Assembly (NCBI RefSeq): GCF_001194135.2
Contig: NC_068986.1
Span: 106,567,904-106,631,903 of the forward strand
Length of the DNA stretch: 64,000 bases
From: Octopus bimaculoides
Taxonomy: Eukaryota
Reading direction: 5' to 3'
Shown here: in pieces, positions 21,729 to 34,065 of the stretch
How positions within the stretch are numbered: position 1 is the first letter of the stretch
Layout of the letters: each line of letters opens with the position of its first letter
The notes under the pieces: model-generated
Database searches by the model: none
The model's input: the letters and a program-made list of their open reading frames with translations, nothing else
Told to the model about the DNA's origin: nothing
Program-made: the position numbers and the translations under genes

Positions 21729-22699
21729 NNNNNNNNNNNNNNNNNNNNNNNNNNNNNNNNNNNNNNNNNNNNNNNNNNNNNNNNNNNNNNNNNNNNNNNN
21801 NNNNNNNNNNNNNNNNNNNNNNNNNNNNTATTTAAAACGTCGCACAGTATCCAATATCGCGATGTTGTTGATTGAAGATATTGTGTCTACCGGAGGGTTT
21901 GTACTGTCCGTCAAGTCATAACAACGACCTAAATAAGTGGTAAATGCTTAATGGATATAAATGGATGTAGCAATTAGGTAACTCGGATGACGCAAACACT
22001 TTCCAGGTCTTTAGATATGTTTATAACTCGTTAAATTAAAATATAGTAAATTCTGGTTTCAGACGAAACGGTTGTGTCATTTGCCCCGCGGTATCTGATA
22101 GCAATTAAATCAATCGATAATCGTACATAGCATTAATCTACATTCTACGTTGTATGATCCTTTCCATTTCATTGCTTCTTCAAATATTCGATTCTATTTC
22201 CGTCCAAAATCGTATACATCAGAGATCGTAGGTAATTAACAGAACCAGTAAACAAAAGGAATTATCATTCTATAAAAGAATGTCGAATTTAAAAAGACAC
22301 ATCGTGCAATTAAAAATTATTAAGTGTGAATATAATGAAGCGTTAATAATCAATAACTTTATTCTAGTCAATGAACATCTCGGTGATAGAGGATGCACGT
22401 TATTCAAAGATAATGACCAAGACGACATAGCAGCTACTGTTAGCAAACTTCATGAGTTAAAGTAATTCTCAACTTAAGCAATATCTCTACCACAAAGAGA
22501 GCGCAAGTGTTCGGAGCGCGCGGTAGAGAACTGGATGATTTTGGTGGCTTAAGATACCTTATTTCTTAGAATATCGCAATTATATAAAACATTATAAACG
22601 GAGTACAATAATTATATTTTAAACACATTTTCAATAACCTCTTTGTCTTAATCAGAATATGAATAGAACATTGTATTATGTGTGAGAGTACGAAGTAGA

Positions 22700-24077
22700 C
22701 TAATTTCACTGTGAAAGTCTTCGCATTTTTTCAGTGGAAATGGAATTGTGAAACGAAACCATCGCACAATCAATGTCAAGGTTGAAAAGATGCGAATCTC
22801 CATCGCTGAGGTAGTTTTTTGATACGATATATTTCACCAAGGGTAGGACAAAAGGGTCTGTACTCCAGTAGGAATGGAGACATGCAAGTGTGACGCCGCA
22901 ACATTCAGAAGTGGGAGGGTCTGCATCTATTCAGATGATGTGTAGGCAAAGCCCTTTAATGCACAGTGCTTGATGCAGCAGAGTGTTTTCCTTCCAACTT
23001 TGGGGAAATTTATTTGCTTGGCTACGATGGGTGCAGTTGGACTGAAGTTGGCCCCTTCACAGTTTAGAAAGACACTGGAAATCTATTGCACCACATCTAG
23101 TGAACGTGTTTAATCATAAGCTGTAATGAGGACGACACTTTTGTTTTCTATTAGCTTTTGTCACATTTGATTCGAAGTGAGCCCATTTATAAATGCATCT
23201 GGAATCATTTCAAACCGGTACTGCTCAGCACTCACTGCAACAAAGCCACATATTCGCTAATATTTTTAGTTCGTTTAAAAACTAGTCCAGAGATTCCCTT
23301 GATTTCTTGTGGCTAAAAGATGGCGTGCCATTACGATGTTCTTTGGTGTAATGTACAGACACTTTAATGTATTCACAGCTTGTTCGTAGATTTTAGTTTC
23401 ACTGATGAATTCGTATACGTTCGATTCCAAATAATTAATCAAAAGATTCAGTTTATCGGTAATCCTTCCTTCCTGCCCTGGTAGTGAGTCTATAAAGTTG
23501 GTGAAAGTTCTAAACCANNNNNNNNNNNNNNNNNNNNNNNNNNNNNNNNNNNNNNNNNNNNNNNNNNNNNNNNNNNNNNNNNNNNNNNNNNNNNNNNNNN
23601 NNNNNNNNNNNNNNNNNCTGGTAGTGAGTCTATAAAGTTGGTGAAAGTTCTAAACCAGTGATTAAAGGTTTTATCAGCATTTGTGGAATTTGGGTCTACA
23701 TTCAATCTGTCAGATTTCAAGCATCTTTCCATGTCGTACGTGTTCTTTCACAAATTTCTTTCTCTATAGGCTGCACAGCAACTTTTTCCAATTGTGTATT
23801 TTCAGAAATTAGTTTATTTGATTGTAATGTATAACCAGTAAATCCCGGTTCAAAGAAACTAATTTCTAGTCAATATGCTAAATAGAAAGGCGTCTTATAG
23901 TGTTATTCACGATAGTCTTGACTCAACGTACGTTATTCCAAATGACCGTTCTATTTCTTCCTTTCCTTTCAAATGCGCATGTTCTTTATATCAAGGGATG
24001 TCACTCGAATCCTAGTACGGTTTGCATAACAGTTACAAACCGCTATTATAATTTATCAACTTATAATTCGCATAACA
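22700..24077 (-). mobile_element. Ty3/Gypsy LTR retrotransposon remnant (5' LTR plus degenerate gag)
   Basis: gag: MERCLKSDRLNVDPNS..FNHWFRTFTNFIDSL / KLNLLINY..YE..ARHLLATRNQ.GESLD...DAFINGL; a 40-bp overlap (23478-23517 = 23618-23657) flanks the gap. Confidence 0.82.
23793..24077 (-). repeat. Candidate 5' LTR (TG...CA, about 285 bp)
   Basis: Minus strand starts TGTTATG and ends AATACACA, contains a TATAAA-like motif and AATAAA, lies just upstream of gag; no matching 3' LTR seen. Confidence 0.5.
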
Positions 24078-24146
24078 CGTACGTTACGTGACGAGTAAAT
24101 TTTCTTTTTCTCGGCGAGGCATATACCTCTCGACTGATTCGGAATA

Positions 24147-24351
24147 TTCTTTTCTGCTCTAAGCACAAGGCCCAAGATTTTTTGGTAGGGGGCCATTAGA
24201 TTTGATGGACTCCACTACGCAACTGACACTTGATTTATGGACCTCAAAAGGATGAAAGGCAAAGTCGACCTCGGCGGAATTTGAACGTAAAGACTGACGA
24301 AATAGCGCTAAGCATTTCGCCCGTCGTGCTAACGTTTCAGCCAGCTGCCTT
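24147..24351 (-). mobile_element. Family A SINE
   Basis: Homologous to 8604-8817; TSD actgattcggaatatt / actcattcggaatatt. Confidence 0.9.
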
Positions 24352-24573
24352 AACTCATTCGGAATATTAAAAGAATACTTTTCGAAGTAGTATTGTAAGG
24401 ACAAAATATGCTGTCATCGTGTTACGATGCACAGATTCTGCACTGCAATGTCCACATTATATTTTAAACACTCTTAATTAACTAAAATTATATTTTTTGT
24501 CTCCCACGTATTTCTTGACCAAAATTGATTAAAATAAAATTTCAGCGTCAGTGAAATTTAATTTAATTGAAAT

Positions 24574-24991
24574 TTCTTTTATACTCTTACTTGTTTCAGT
24601 CATTTTACTGTGGCCATGCTGGAGCACCGTCTTTAGTCGAGCAAATCGACTCCAGGACTTATTCTTTGTAAGCCTAGTACTTATTCTATCGGTGTCTTTT
24701 GCCGAACCGCTAAGATACGGGGACGTAAACACACCACCATCGGTTGTCAAGCGACGTTGAGGGGACAAACATAGACACATAAACATATACACACACACAT
24801 ACATATATATATACATATACATTTATACGACGGCCTTCTTTCAGTTTCCGTCTACCAAATTCACTCACAAGACTATGGTCGGCCCGTGGCTATAGTAGAA
24901 GACACTTGCCCAAGGTGCCACGCAGTGGGACTGAACCCGGACCAATATGGTAGGTAAGCAAGCTACTTACCACACAGCCACTCCTACGGCT
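24574..24991 (-). mobile_element. Family B SINE, full length
   Basis: Collinear reverse-complement match to 14072-14483. Confidence 0.92.
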
Positions 24992-25352
24992 ATGCACCAC
25001 AACAATTAGTAATTTGTTACCAGCCAATCATATATATAACTTAACTTTCATTGGAATGCGTTACCGATTTCAAAATAAATGAATGATCTGCTTCAAAAAT
25101 TGTGAGTGGAGGAACTGAAACGGACAAAAGAAAAAAAAAACACAATTTCTATATTTGATTCGATTTGTCACCCGATTTGTTTTTGCCTGCATTTAAAACG
25201 AATCGGTTTGCTGGTCTTCTTAGCTGTAAGAATTTGCATTGATCCCCAATAACAATGGACAATTATTATTCACTTTGGCTAATAGAATCGAAATTTGAAC
25301 ATTTGCTATCGAAAATACGTTTTTATATTCAAAAGTATTAGTGCCACTATCG

Positions 25353-25718
25353 TGGCACTCCGTCGGTTACAACGAGGGTTCCAGTTGATCCAATCAACGG
25401 AGCAGCTCGTGAAATTAACGTGCAAGTGGCTGAGTAATCGACAGACACGTGTACTATTAACGTAGTTCACAGAGAGATTCGCCGTGACGGAGAGTGTGGC
25501 AAGGTTGGCCCTTTGAATTACAGGTACAAAAGAAACAGTGAAAGTTGTGGTGAAAGGGTACAGCAGGGTTCGCCACCCCCCCACACCCGTGCTGAAGCCT
25601 CGTGAAGCGTTAGGTAATTTTGCTCAATTAACACTCAGAACGCCCAGTCTGGGAATCGATACCGCGATCCCACGACCGCGAGTCCGCTGCCCGAACCATT
25701 GGGCCATTGCGCCTCCAC
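25353..25718 (-). mobile_element. Family C SINE
   Basis: Homologous to 10808-11190; TSD tgccacta at 25342-25349 and 25721-25728. Confidence 0.92.
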
Positions 25719-26490
25719 ACTGCCACTAAACGATTTCTCTGTTCATTTATTTGGATGAAAATATTCAGTGGCATTTCAAACTGATTTAAGAAATACAGTA
25801 AATAAATAGTAATTTAGTTTTCTTTATTTCTTTCTGTGCAAGAAGAGACATTCTGAAATGCATTAGCTTTCAGGTAGTTTGTTTTCGCTTTAAGCAGTCG
25901 AAAGTTGTCTTATGGATAAAACTCTAGTGTTCCCCTCAAAATTAATCATACAATAATTTTAGATTGCTGCTGAATGCTAACAAATAGATAAATTACTGAT
26001 CGATGTAAGTTCACCGTTTTGGTATAGATCCCATTTACATTTACATCAACTGTCAATGAAAAGTATGGGATGGTGAAATGAGTGGCTTGCTTCATAATAA
26101 TGTGACAAAATAACATTAAACATTACGGTTAGCTGTACTGATAGTATTCAGAATTCGGAAACGAATCTGCATTTATTCGTTCTATTTTCCGCCACTTTCT
26201 CAGCTAACGTACATATTTTCCCGTTATACATATGTGTTAGGCAGATCTAACATAATGCTGTTCACAGCACAGTAGATATGTTGAGGCAAGAATGAGTCGC
26301 TTGTGTTATACATGTACATATATATGCATATACTCATATATTGTTTATATATATATATATATATATATAAGATAAACAAGAGTGAAAAAACTACAGAAGG
26401 TTTGTGTTACATGGTTAAAGTATATATTTAAATCGTTATGTTAGAAAAATGTTAAAAAATTTTGAGTATATAAACATTGTATTTGGAGAA

Positions 26491-26497
<7 letters not shown>

Positions 26498-26582
<85 letters not shown>

Positions 26583-26592
26583 GTGTGTGTGT
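26498..26592. repeat. (TG)n microsatellite
   Basis: Direct read. Confidence 0.95.
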
Positions 26593-26663
26593 ATTCGCTT
26601 TCATGCATGTATATGTATTGAGGCAAATGTACATTCCTATATATAGGGGTTTATATTAGTATG

Positions 26664-26697
<34 letters not shown>

Positions 26698-26863
26698 TGT
26701 ATACACACGCACGCACACGCGCAAATATGCATGTCCTTGCTGAGACGATGCCCACCTTGCTCTGATATATATATATATTGTGCTTCTATTTTGTTCTTAA
26801 CTGAGCATGTCTGAAGAGATTTATGACTTCATCAATAGCTACACAATAATGCCTCTTTTCACT

Positions 26864-26902
<39 letters not shown>

Positions 26903-27575
26903 TAAGTGTGGTATCTATTTTAGTGAAACGCTGTGTTAGTGGTGTACACCAGTTGTGAAATCTATCAGATATATGCAGTGGGTTGATCTTAAATTTTCTT
27001 GGAAAATATGGCAATCTGAGCCAGTGGACATAGTTGCTTAGCAGGCTGATCAAAGCTGACATACGGTAAATTATTTTCTCTCCTCTAAAATGTAGGTGCA
27101 ACTATGTAATTTAATACTTAAAAATATATTCATGACTCATATATATTTACGGACTAAATTGTACGGGAAGAGATAGTTAAATATATTTCTACATATATTG
27201 TAATTTATTTATAAATGTTCTCCAAGATACAGAAATCAAGGGACTGGCTTTATACGTGATATCGTTTTGCCTTTAATATGAAATACAAATAGTCTCTTGA
27301 ATAGCACGTTGCTCATTACAAGTAGTACTGTGCAACAACAATCGATTCATAAATTATTCAAGAATAGTACTGCATACAACATTAAATTGTATTACAGTAA
27401 CACATATATAGACAAGAAAGATATACATTAGCAAAAACATGTGAGCTATGAGAAAAAGAATAATATCCACTGTTTCCATTTGTTGTAAATATCCACATTC
27501 ATTATACTCTAATGACACCAGTGTCAGCTGAAAGATAGTATGGTGAGGTGAGTTTATTTATCCCTGTTTCTACAG

Positions 27576-28220
27576 GAAAAGGTCTTATGGACAAGTGTTG
27601 TAAAAGTGTATGTGAGGGATATCGGTACACGAGAATCTGGGCAAGCAGAATATTTCGTTAGCAAGCAATGCCAACCTAAAAATATTGAATGATTAAAATA
27701 AAGGGCACACTAGAATTGTATCTATAGTGTAACAACTTTCAAATGCTTAAAACTGAGCACGCTAACTGGAAGTTGCTGCACGCCAAAAGATCTCTTGTGG
27801 CATACGTAGAAATAAAGAAAATGAATTATAATCTAATGTATTCCATAATGGCAGTTTGAAACGCCACGATGTATTTCCATCTAAATAAGCGAACGAAGAA
27901 TTCGGATGGTAGAATAATAATTTTAGAGAAAAATAAATCCACTATGTTTTAGATATCAAATATTCAAATTTCGATTCTGCTATCTGACATGAATAATAAT
28001 TGGCCATTGCTATAGGGGATTAATGTAAATTCTTACGGTCATGAAGAATGTTGCTCCGAACAACAATCCGGTTCGTTTTAATACAGGTGGAAACAAATCG
28101 TATGACAGCAGTTTGGCAGCTAGTGACATTGTAACTTTCAAATCAAACCACAGAATAACGAACATATTCCTTTTCCTCCTTTTTCAATCTCTATTTGAAT
28201 TTTTCAAAGCAAGGTTTTAA
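27576..28220 (+). other. Candidate exon pair 27576-27611 and 28087-28220 (speculative)
   Basis: tttatccctgtttctacag|exon|gtgagg and ttcgttttaatacag|exon; phases are compatible and give KGLMDKCCKSVCGNKSYDSSLAASDIVTFKSNHRITNIFLFLLFQSLFEFFKARF*. No homology recognised. Confidence 0.22.
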
Positions 28221-28704
28221 TAAATTCATTTATTCTGAAATCTTTGATAATATATTCTAACGACAAACTATGTAATATATATCGTTGGCTGGCTGGTTGG
28301 TTGGTTGGTACTGTTATTTTCAATTTTAAATGGTATTGGTTAATATGCATCGGTCAATGTTGATCGAGACATTTGAGGGAGATAACTTGCATAATTATAA
28401 TAAAATAAAAATTAATTAAAATATAGAATTCGAGCATTAGAGAGCTGAGTATGGTCATGGCACCATATTGAGAACATATTGATTCTGGCCTTACTCGGCT
28501 TGTTTTTACAATCCTGACGGTTTTAGAGACGTGTTTTACTGAAGAGGTCTAATAATGCAGAAACATATCCATATTTTCTCGGAATACAACATACGATGCG
28601 CTATTCCAGTATGTCTTTTTAATAGAGAATTTCATGAAATGATCTGCAACTGAACTCACTCGTCTGTATGTTATATTTTACTACCAACCTAAAGACGATG
28701 TTAA

Positions 28705-28850
28705 AGGTGCGTGAAATAGTGGTTAGAGAGTTCCACTCAGGATCCTTCGGTCTTGGTTTCGAGTTCTGGACAGAGACGTGCGTTGTGTTTTTGTGCAACA
28801 CTTCATTTTATGCTGTTCTACTTTATTCAGCTGCAAATGGATACGACAGC
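28705..28850 (+). mobile_element. Old, degenerate CORE-type tRNA SINE (family D; possibly OR1-like)
   Basis: aggtgcgtg..agtggttagag..ggtttcgagttc..gcgttgtgtttttgtgcaacacttcattt..ttcagctgcaaatgg resembles 53852-54090. Confidence 0.55.
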
Positions 28851-29599
28851 GATGATTGGTGTCCTCTTTAGAGTAAATGTGATATCGGTCACTTATACGC
28901 CGGAGAAGCAGGGTAACCAGCCTGTTGAGTCATAGAACTTGTCAGAGACCTATTGCCTAAAGATATGGAAAATATGATGAATACTGAGTTTTATCCACCC
29001 CCACAAAAATTATTTAATATGTTCTTTAAAATTTACTATATAATGCCTGGTAATATTGTTTTGTTTTTTTTTTGCAATTCAAAAACACAAATATTATTAG
29101 AGTATTTACACTAAAGAGAAGTGTGTAATAAATAACGTAAAATTTGTAGGTCACTAAGCAAGCATAACGATTTTCTGTCGATGAAATATTTGCCAAGTAA
29201 ATCAACTTCCTGGAAAGTAGATTTCTTTTAGTTACTGACCATGGTGTGTTACTAAAATTATGCGGAGTATCATAATCAAAGGATTCCAACTGATATCCTT
29301 TCCGCTTATATTGCCGGTACATACGCTGAGAATGTAACTCCAATGATGGGATCAGAGTAGAATATCAAGTTGAAACCTAAAATAGATTTGAGGATAATTT
29401 CGAAACTACAGCGAAATCGGATAATTCATTAATTCTAATATTAGCTTTAACTCGTTTTAAATCATGCATTTGTCCTTTTTACGTGCTTTTCGTTTTCTAA
29501 ATTAAGAATTATCCTAGTGTAATTGGTTGCTCTTTGATTTCCTGTGTGTTTTCGCTGCAGTTATAAAAGTGTGTCAGGTGAAACGGAAACGGAAATATG

Positions 29600-30000
29600 A
29601 AGCATAAACCTCAACGTGGTCGTGATTGTTGCGGAATGCCCGAAAGAGTATGATGGCGAAATGAACCGGTCGAAACAGGATTCTTCCGCAGGCAATCTGG
29701 AGCAACGTTACTCAACAGAGTGCGAATCTCGGAGAACACGGAGTCTTTCCAGGTTGTGTCAGCCTCTACTTCTCGTCATCGAGAATTCACAGCTCGCGCA
29801 CTACAGACACGTGATTAGAATGTCACTGGAACAACCATAACACGGATTCTTCAAGCCGATCTAACCTGGAGGATATCTAAGAGTAGACCAGTACGAGGGT
29901 GGCTAATATCCATACTCTCAGTTGGTCACACTTGGGAATCCAGCCAGAGAGTGTAATGACGTCTATACAGGTGACTGAGGAATTTACACCCATGACACTT
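29600..30000 (+). mobile_element. Degenerate RTE-like LINE C-terminal remnant
   Basis: LVIENSQLAHYRHVIRMSLEQP resembles xIERxQLRyfGHVxRM; heavily decayed. Confidence 0.5.
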
Positions 30001-30922
30001 GCGGGAATTGTGCGTGGAGTATATGGAAGGATAGACAAACCTCAACTTGTCACATAGGTGAATAGATTTTATATTTTTTACAACATGGCTCTTGAGGGAG
30101 GGTGAGGCTCATGGCCACTCTTCTACGCCAGTGAGATTGATGCCATAATGTTCCCCACGAGTCTTGGTAACACGATACTTGCAGGAAGAACATGAATGAG
30201 AGGAATACCAGACAACCGATGTTCTAGGAAAGTATAAGTGAATGTATTGTTTAGTGAAGGTCTTGGAGGTTCGATCCAAAAAAGTAATGGGTGGAGGAGA
30301 AGCAAGTTGGACGGGAATGCTTGGGTGGATGTAGGGGTATGAGAAACTATCATAGTACCGATGCTATCATAGCATCAGAAACTATCATAGTACCGATAGA
30401 AAATACAGAGCCGGCGGGTTAGTAGGCTAGGGTCTTGGACGTGTCTACGAGAGGCTTTATGGCCGGCAGTCGGATGAACTTTTTTCTGGATGCATTGTTC
30501 CTAATGTAAGACCAATACGGTCTAAGGTTATTTAGAAAATATGCGAACATCGAAGTGACGTATGAAAATTAATAAATATGTACAATTCCATAACGTATCT
30601 ATTGTTACAAAACATTTAATGAAAATTTCAGGTGATGATACAGAATGAAAATAAAAGATAATTAAGTCATATATCCGTTTGAAATTTGTTTCGAAGTTCT
30701 TGCATGTATATTGTGGTGCATTAAAAGACGAGTGATTTTTAACAAAGGAATACTAAAGAACACCGTATAGTAAGCAAGAAGATCTTCATGAGGGTATCAG
30801 AACGATTTTCTGTTGTCGATGTGTTTGCAAAGCAAGTCATTCAGCTGAAAAGCACATTTCCCTCTGTTACTGTCCACGATGTGTTATTGTAACTGTAAAG
30901 AAAATTATAATCAAATTATTGA

Positions 30923-31293
30923 AAGCAAGAGCACTCAGAGAGCGCAAACCTCCGTGAAGGCAACACAAAGTCCTCTCAACGATTAGCCAGAGATGATTTT
31001 TAAAATGAGAATATCTTAAATAAACTCGACTGCTGTTACATACTAGAATACTAAAAATGAACCCAGCCGATCTCAATAATTAAAAAAACAAACAGGAAAA
31101 ATAACCCAAAATCCTTGTCCGGTGTCGGATCGATCCCAAAATCTAATCAGTTTGTGCTAGACACAAAGCAAAATATCTCTGAAAGTTTCACCCGAATCCA
31201 TCCAGTGGTTCTTGGGATATCTTGTTCATGGACAAGGAAATAAACAAATGTGACTGAAAACAACACCTCCGCCTTAGCGAAGGCGGAGGTAAT
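30923..31293 (+). mobile_element. Non-autonomous Helentron-associated (HINE/DINE-1-like) element
   Basis: 5' subterminal acctccgt near 30948 pairs with 3' ggcggaggt; 3' perfect hairpin acctccgcctt-agcg-aaggcggaggt (31265-31290); no ORF. Confidence 0.65.
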
Positions 31294-31966
31294 AAATGAT
31301 TTCCTTTCCTTTTATATTGTATACTGATATGTTGAGAACGTAACAGCAATAATTGGAACATTGTAAGATGTTAAATATTAAATCAAAATAGGCTTTGGAA
31401 TAGTTTTGCAAATAGATATAAGGCGGATAATTTGTCTTTAATGTAAAGCTCGCGTATATCCAACATTAGAATATTTTAGTTTAATCATACACAATGAAAC
31501 GTTAGGTGAGATCAATATAGCTACCGTTAGGTTAGCTGCAGTTCAAATGCACCGATGTAATGCAGATGAAAAGCAAATAAATAAATCTTTCTTTGTTCAT
31601 GATATATTTACAAATCTGAAATGAAACATCGCTGCTATTTAAATTGATACATGTATACATAAACATACGCATATATACACCCACAAACCCAAACACACAT
31701 GCACACACACACACACACCGACACACACCACACCTGTTCCCGTAGAATGTTATACTCGACGTCTCTGGTGATTCAAATCGTATCTACTATATCCTGCCAG
31801 TACTTGAAGTCGACATGGTTGTTTTATTTCGCTGAGATCTCGATGTGTTTGTTGCTAGCCATGTTCTGGCGTTTTACATGCTTACATGATTTGATTCTTA
31901 AAGAATCCTTGTAACTAAATCATACATACGTACATACATGTGTGTATCATTTACATTATTTACATT

Positions 31967-32090
31967 GGACGGATAACTTTGTGGTAACAAGATGAGGACG
32001 GATATGTTATCCGTCCTCATCTTGTTACCACAAAGTTTTGGCTGATTTACTCTCCAACCTTCATCAATTGTCCTGGTAGAATTTTGAACC
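31967..32090 (-). repeat. Penelope pseudo-LTR end with a degenerate hammerhead and a perfect 30-bp inverted duplication
   Basis: Minus strand ttgatga-a-ggttg-(loop)-cagcc-aaaac (stem II intact, two core substitutions); arms 31975-32004 and 32008-32037 are exact reverse complements with a 3-nt loop. Confidence 0.7.
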
Positions 32091-32098
32091 CAAACCAA

Positions 32099-32099
<1 letters not shown>

Positions 32100-32132
<33 letters not shown>

Positions 32133-32212
32133 TATTCAAGGTACTGCCTGGAATTGAAATCGGAATCTTGGGGTTAGTAGCCAGCGTTCTTAACAATTAC
32201 GCTATATGCCTG
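32100..32212 (-). mobile_element. Short tRNA-head-only SINE with an (AAT)n tail
   Basis: Minus strand ggcatatagcgtaattgttaagaacgctggctactaaccccaagattccgatttcaattccaggcag then aataataat; degenerate A and B boxes. Confidence 0.7.
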
Positions 32213-32239
32213 AGTGAATTTTAGGGCTTATAAACCAAA

Positions 32240-33055
32240 TATTTTTGTCTACCTCCTTAATACCGGTTCCCATATTCTACTCATATTTGCACTAGGTCTG
32301 CTTAGGAGGTTATTGTATCCTAGCATATGTGACGCCTCATTTAGTTTTCGTATTTTCCTGTGGTGCTCTGTCCATATTTTAACTTCATCCCACAAGGGAA
32401 GGTGATCTCCGTTTTTCCATACATGATCAGCTATACCCGATTTTTCAGCCACTCGTGTCACAGCTTTACGATGATCCTCTACCCTTATTTTGAGTGTACG
32501 ACATGTTTCGCCTTTGTATCACCTACCACAAGTGCATGGGATGGCGTACACGTAGTCTTTGGTCCTATTCTCTTCTATTGGTGGTTTTGCACGAAGGAGA
32601 TATTTGCGAAGTGTTGTGTTACCCTTGAATACTGTCCTGATGTCATATGAACCGCATATCTTTCGCATCATTTCCGAGAGGCCTTTCGCATAGGGTAGAC
32701 AGACTTTAGTCAGTTTATGGGTTTCATCCTCTCGCCTCTTATTAATTGGAGTGGATAGTATGTTTTTTGGGTAGTTGTTGCTTAATAGATTGTTACTTAG
32801 CTTGATCATTTCTTCGTTTTGTGTATCAAGATCGCTACTTATATTCTTTGCTCAATCTTTTAGGTACTGAGCAATCCATCTCTTTACACTGTATGGATGG
32901 TGGGAATTGAAGTTGAGGTATCGTCCAGTGAAGGTTGGCTTGCGGTATACAGATATAATGAACCTATGCTTACTGCGTGTTATTGATACATCTAGGAATG
33001 CTAGTTGATTGCTTCTTTCCTTTTCCATTGTGAACTGTATGTCTGGATTTGTTCT
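32240..33055 (-). mobile_element. Penelope-like element: RT C-terminus plus GIY-YIG, decayed
   Basis: NPDIQFTMEKE..QLAFLDV..SVYRKPTFTGRYLNFNSHHP; LPYAKGLSE..YDIRTVFK; VYAIPCTCGR; SGIADHVW..RKLNEA. Confidence 0.92.
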
Positions 33056-33600
33056 TTGTGAAGTGTTGTTCTTCGTCTGAGGGACATCCGTGTTTGGCCT
33101 ATATAGTGGATTCCGCAAGCTGGGCAGGTAATAACTTACATTAAGTTATCAGAGGCACAAGTGGACTTTATGTTAAATATATCACCTTGTTTGAAGTGAA
33201 ACTCAGTACCCTCAAAAAGGTGGGGGCATGTGCCACAGTTCGGTCACCCGCAATTTTCCACTTTTGGTTCCACTGTTAAGGAATTAACAACGCTTAATAT
33301 TCTTTTATTTGTGGTTAGTATTTTTTCGATGATTTTGGTTGCATTCTCCTTTTGATAATTTTGTGTGATCTCAAAATTTCGTTCATGTTTTATCTCCAGT
33401 GAGAATGGATTAATTTTGGATGATGATGTTGAATGCCTCATTGTTTCTAGGATTATATGTGGAGATGTATAGAAGTACTTTAAAATCTGGTGTGATATTT
33501 CGATTAACTTCACTTCTGAGACGCAATTTTCAGTAAAAGTCCATAGTATTAACCTTGACTTCATTCGGGTTCAAACTGCGAGGGGTTGGTGTAAACATCA
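33055..33600 (-). mobile_element. Second, different Penelope-like element fragment (linker plus GIY-YIG N-half)
   Basis: VENCG*PNCGTCPHLFEG...TCASDNLM*VITCPACGIHYIGQTRMSLRRRTTLHKEQI. Confidence 0.82.
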
Positions 33601-33663
33601 AACCTCTTGCTAAAATATTGGTTTGTGTACTAATTCGGATTTTCTTTGAATAAGTGATTGGCT

Positions 33664-33767
33664 TTAGAATAAGCCATTAAGTCGATTTCTTCGGCTAACA
33701 CCCTTTAAGGTGGTACTCCAGCATGGCTGCAGTCAAATGACTGAAACAAGTAAAATAATAAAAGAAC
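33664..33767 (+). mobile_element. Family B SINE 3' fragment
   Basis: ggtggtactccagcatggctgcagtcaaatgactgaaacaagtaaaa matches the family B tail. Confidence 0.8.
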
Positions 33768-33835
33768 AATATATATGTATGTGAGTGTGTGTGTGTATTT
33801 GTGTGTGTGTGTGTGTGTGCTTGTGTGTATGTATC

Positions 33836-33837
<2 letters not shown>

Positions 33838-33888
<51 letters not shown>

Positions 33889-33968
33889 TTATTAATCTGT
33901 CTATCTACCTACATACCTATCTATTTATCTATCTATCTATCTATCTATCTACCTATCTATGTATCTAT
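33838..33968. repeat. (TATC)n microsatellite
   Basis: Direct read. Confidence 0.95.
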
Positions 33969-34013
33969 CTAAATATCTCTCTGTGTCACTAACTAAATGT
34001 CTATCGATCTCTC

Positions 34014-34065
<52 letters not shown>

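Noticed and set aside
22330-22380. 11-bp match (ttctagtcaat) to the Gypsy LTR as a 3' LTR remnant
   Set aside because: Similarity does not extend beyond the short AT-rich word.
23478-23657. 40-bp direct repeat flanking a 100-N gap
   Set aside because: Identical overlap; collapsing it restores a continuous gag frame.
29026-29343. 105-aa minus-strand ORF and a possible 90-nt exon (RMYRQYKRKGYQLESFDYDTPHNFSNTPWS)
   Set aside because: Starts at a non-ATG codon, the donor is only moderate, and no homology or partner exon was found.
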